NCBI GenBank assembly: GCA_028534125.1
Contig: CM052828.1
Coordinates: forward strand, 61,256,001-61,320,000
DNA length: 64,000 nucleotides
Reading direction: 5' to 3'
From: Lama glama
Lineage: Eukaryota
Made by a program: the position numbers and the translations under genes. The notes beneath the pieces are model-generated. The model saw nothing but the letters and a program-made list of their open reading frames with translations, made no database searches and was not told where the DNA came from. Of this stretch, positions 61,011 through 64,000 are shown in pieces; position 1 is the stretch's first letter, and the number at the start of each line of letters is the position of its first letter.

Positions 61011-63464
61011 TGTTTGGGTTTTTTTTAAACATTTTTATTGAGTTATAATCATTTTACAATGTTGTGTCAAATTCCAGTGTAGAGCACAATTTTTCAGTTA
61101 TACATGAATACATATTTATATTCATTGTCACATTTTTTTCTCTGTGAGCTACAAGATCTTGTATATATTTCCCTGTGCTACACAGTATAATCTTGTTTAT
61201 CTATTCTACATATGCCTGTCAGTATCTACAAATTTTGAACTCCTAGTCTATCCCTTCCCACCCACCCACTTGGCAACCACAACTTTCTATTCTGTGTCTA
61301 NNNNNNNNNNNNNNNNNNNNNNNNNNNNNNNNNNNNNNNNNNNNNNNNNNNNNNNNNNNNNNNNNNNNNNNNNNNNNNNNNNNNNNNNNNNNNNNNNNNN
61401 NNNNNNNNNNNNNNNNNNNNNNNNNNNNNNNNNNNNNNNNNNNNNNNNNNNNNNNNNNNNNNNNNNNNNNNNNNNNNNNNNNNNNNNNNNNNNNNNNNNN
61501 NNNNNNNNNNNNNNNNNNNNNNNNNNNNNNNNNNNNNNNNNNNNNNNNNNNNNNNNNNNNNNNNNNNNNNNNNNNNNNNNNNNNNNNNNNNNNNNNNNNN
61601 NNNNNNGTAGGGTTTCTTCTGGGCATATGCCCAGGAGCGGGATTCCTGGGTCATATGGTAGGTCTATTCCTAGTCTTTTGAGGAATCTCCATACTGTTTT
61701 CCACAGTGGCTGCAACAAACTGCATTCCCACCAGCAGTGTGGGAGGGTTCCCTTTAGCCTCTCCAGCATTTGTCATTTGTGGACATTTGAATGATGGCCA
61801 TTCTGACTGGTGTGAGGTGATACCTCATTGTAGTTTTGATTTGCATTTCTCTGTTAATTAGTGATATTGAGCATTTTCTCATGTGCCTATTGATCATTTG
61901 TATGTCTTCCTTGAAGAATTGCTAGTTTAGGTCTTCTGCCCATTTTTGGATTGGGTTGTTTGTTTTTTTTCTTATTAAGTTGTATGAGCTGCTTATATAT
62001 TCTGGAGATCAAGCCTTTGTCAGTTTCATTTGCAAAAACTTTCTCCCATTCCGTAGGTTGTCATTATGTTTTACTTTTGGTGTCCTTTGCTGTGCAGAAG
62101 CTTGTAAGTTTAATTAGGTCCCATTTGTTTATTCTTGCTTTTATTCCTATTGCTTGAGTAGACTGTTCTAGGAGAACATTTTTNNNNNNNNNNNNNNNNN
62201 NNNNNNNNNNNNNNNNNNNNNNNNNNNNNNNNNNNNNNNNNNNNNNNNNNNNNNNNNNNNNNNNNNNNNNNNNNNNNNNNNNNNNNNNNNNNNNNNNNNN
62301 NNNNNNNNNNNTGATTTACGTGCTGCTGTCCAGTTTTCTCAACACCATTTGCTGAAGAGACTGTCTTTATTCCATTGTATGTTCTTGACTCCTTTGTTGA
62401 AGATGAGTTGACCANNNNNNNNNNNNNNNNNNNNNNNNNNNNNNNNNNNNNNNNNNNNNNNNNNNNNNNNNNNNNNNNNNNNNNNNNNNNNNNNNNNNNN
62501 NNNNNNNNNNNNNNNNNNNNNNNNNNNNNNNNNNNNNNNNNNNNNNNNNNNNNNNNNNNNNNNNNNNNNNNNNNNNNNNNNNNNNNNNNNNNNNNNNNNN
62601 NNNNNNNNNNNNNNNNNNNNNNNNNNNNNNNNNNNNNNNNNNNNNNNNNNNNNNNNNNNNNNNNNNNNNNNNNNNNNNNNNNNNNNNNNNNNNNNNNNNN
62701 NNNNNNNNNNNNNNNNNNNNNNNNNNNNNNNNNNNNNNNNNNNNNNNNNNNNNNNNNNNNNNNNNNNNNNNNNNNNNNNNNNNNNNNNNNNNNNNNNNNN
62801 NNNNNNNNNNNNNNNNNNNNNNNNNNNNNNNNNNNNNNNNNNNNNNNNNNNNNNNNNNNNNNNNNNNNNNNNNNNNNNNNNNNNNNNNNNNNNNNNNNNN
62901 NNNNNNNNNNNNNNATTGGTCCATGTCTGTTTTTGTACCAATACCATGCTGTCTTGATGACTGTAGCTCTATAGTATTGTCTGAAGTCTGGGAGAGTTAT
63001 TCCTCCTGCCTCTTTCTTTGTCTTCAGTAATGCTTTGGCGATTCTAGGTCTTTGATGGTTCCATATAAATTTTATTATGATTTGTCTAGTTCTGTGAAAN
63101 NNNNNNNNNNNNNNNNNNNNNNNNNNNNNNNNNNNNNNNNNNNNNNNNNNNNNNNNNNNNNNNNNNNNNNNNNNNNNNNNNNNNNNNNNNNNNNNNNNNN
63201 NNNNNNNNNNNNNNNNNNNNNNNNNNNNNNNNNTTCCTTCATCAATGGTTTATAGTTATCTGTGTATAATTCTTTCACCTCCTTGGTTAGATTTATTCCT
63301 AGGTATTTTATTACTTTGGGTGCTATTTTAAAGGGAATTATTTCTTTACTTTCTTTTTCTGTTGATTCATCGTTAGTGTAGAGAAATGCAACTGATTTTT
63401 TTAACGTTAATCTTGTAACCTGCTACCTTGCTGAATTCTTCGATCAGCTCTAGTAGTTTTTGTG
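61011..63464 (-). mobile_element. Young 5'-truncated L1 (camelid-type) with 16-bp TSD
   Basis: T-tail at 61011-61026; ORF2 peptides ([31 protein letters not shown]; GQLIFNKGVKNIQWNKDSLFSKWC; KLLELIEEFSKVAGYKINV); TSD tgagtgaattcttgtt at 60995-61010 and 63465-63480. Confidence 0.95.
61301..63233. other. Assembly gaps: N runs at 61301-61606, 62184-62311, 62415-62914 and 63100-63233
   Basis: Directly visible; all lie inside the young L1. Confidence 0.99.
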
Positions 63465-64000
63465 TGAGTGAATTCTTGTTGAAATTTCTGTTTCGGAGCC
63501 AAGAATAGACACTTAAACTACGGCACCTGTAGAACAAATTCCAGGTAAAACAAATGAATCTGGTCAAGGTCTTAGAATCCACAGTGAGAAACCCCCAGCT
63601 CTGCTACGGTATCACGTGCCGTGTGCTGCTGGAATCTCCTTGTGTTTGGTGCTCCGGGCACTGTGGACCCTGAGCTGGGCCTCCCCTGAGCTGTGCAGGC
63701 AGACGCAGGCCATGGACATGAGGCTGAGCCCGAGCCCTCTGCCCCTTTGCCCCTACCGGGCCTGACTCCCACCACGCCGCCCGTCTGAGGGCAGAAGGGG
63801 AGCCCGTGCTCCCTGGGGGCCGACCTGAAGTCTGTGCATCTTGGGGCTTAAATGTAGAGGGGGCGCCACGGTACAGGCCAGCATCTCCCCATCTCTTCAA
63901 AGGCAGCAATGTGTCCCCAAGGAGGGATGGCCGTCCCGTTGTCCCTTGCACTTTCCTCCTGGACGATGCTCTGGTGTCTGGTCCCCTGCACACCCCACCT

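Noticed and set aside
61144-63278. Long ORFs containing X runs
   Set aside because: Artefacts of N gaps within a truncated L1, which cannot be autonomous.
63852-63868. Second CTCF site (tagagggggcgcca)
   Set aside because: Lacks the conserved 5' CC of the core; too weak to call.

Overview
This is GC-rich mammalian genomic DNA, probably from a camelid, judged from a Vic-type tRNA-derived SINE and a young L1 that look camelid. It holds two convergent genes. On + are the last five coding exons of TMEM255B (1459-10607). On - is a complete, intact 15-exon GAS6 gene (ATG 53701, TAG 20726; 2022 nt CDS, 673 aa; signal peptide, propeptide, Gla, 4 EGF, 2 LamG), with all introns GT-AG and in phase and a CpG-island promoter. 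The rest is intronic or intergenic: old L1, MLT and MER fragments that look strongly GC-shifted, a 5'-inverted L1 with TSDs, a young L1 with a perfect 16-bp TSD and assembly gaps, and several minisatellites. Nearly all ORFs in the supplied track are spurious GC-rich frames or exon read-throughs. I find no new protein-coding system. The best leads are non-coding: a Pumilio + CPE + AAUAAA module in the GAS6 3'UTR, a higher-order minisatellite in GAS6 intron 2, and a twin-primed L1 next to the candidate TMEM255B poly(A) signals. Repeat family names and human comparisons are from memory, not from database searches.
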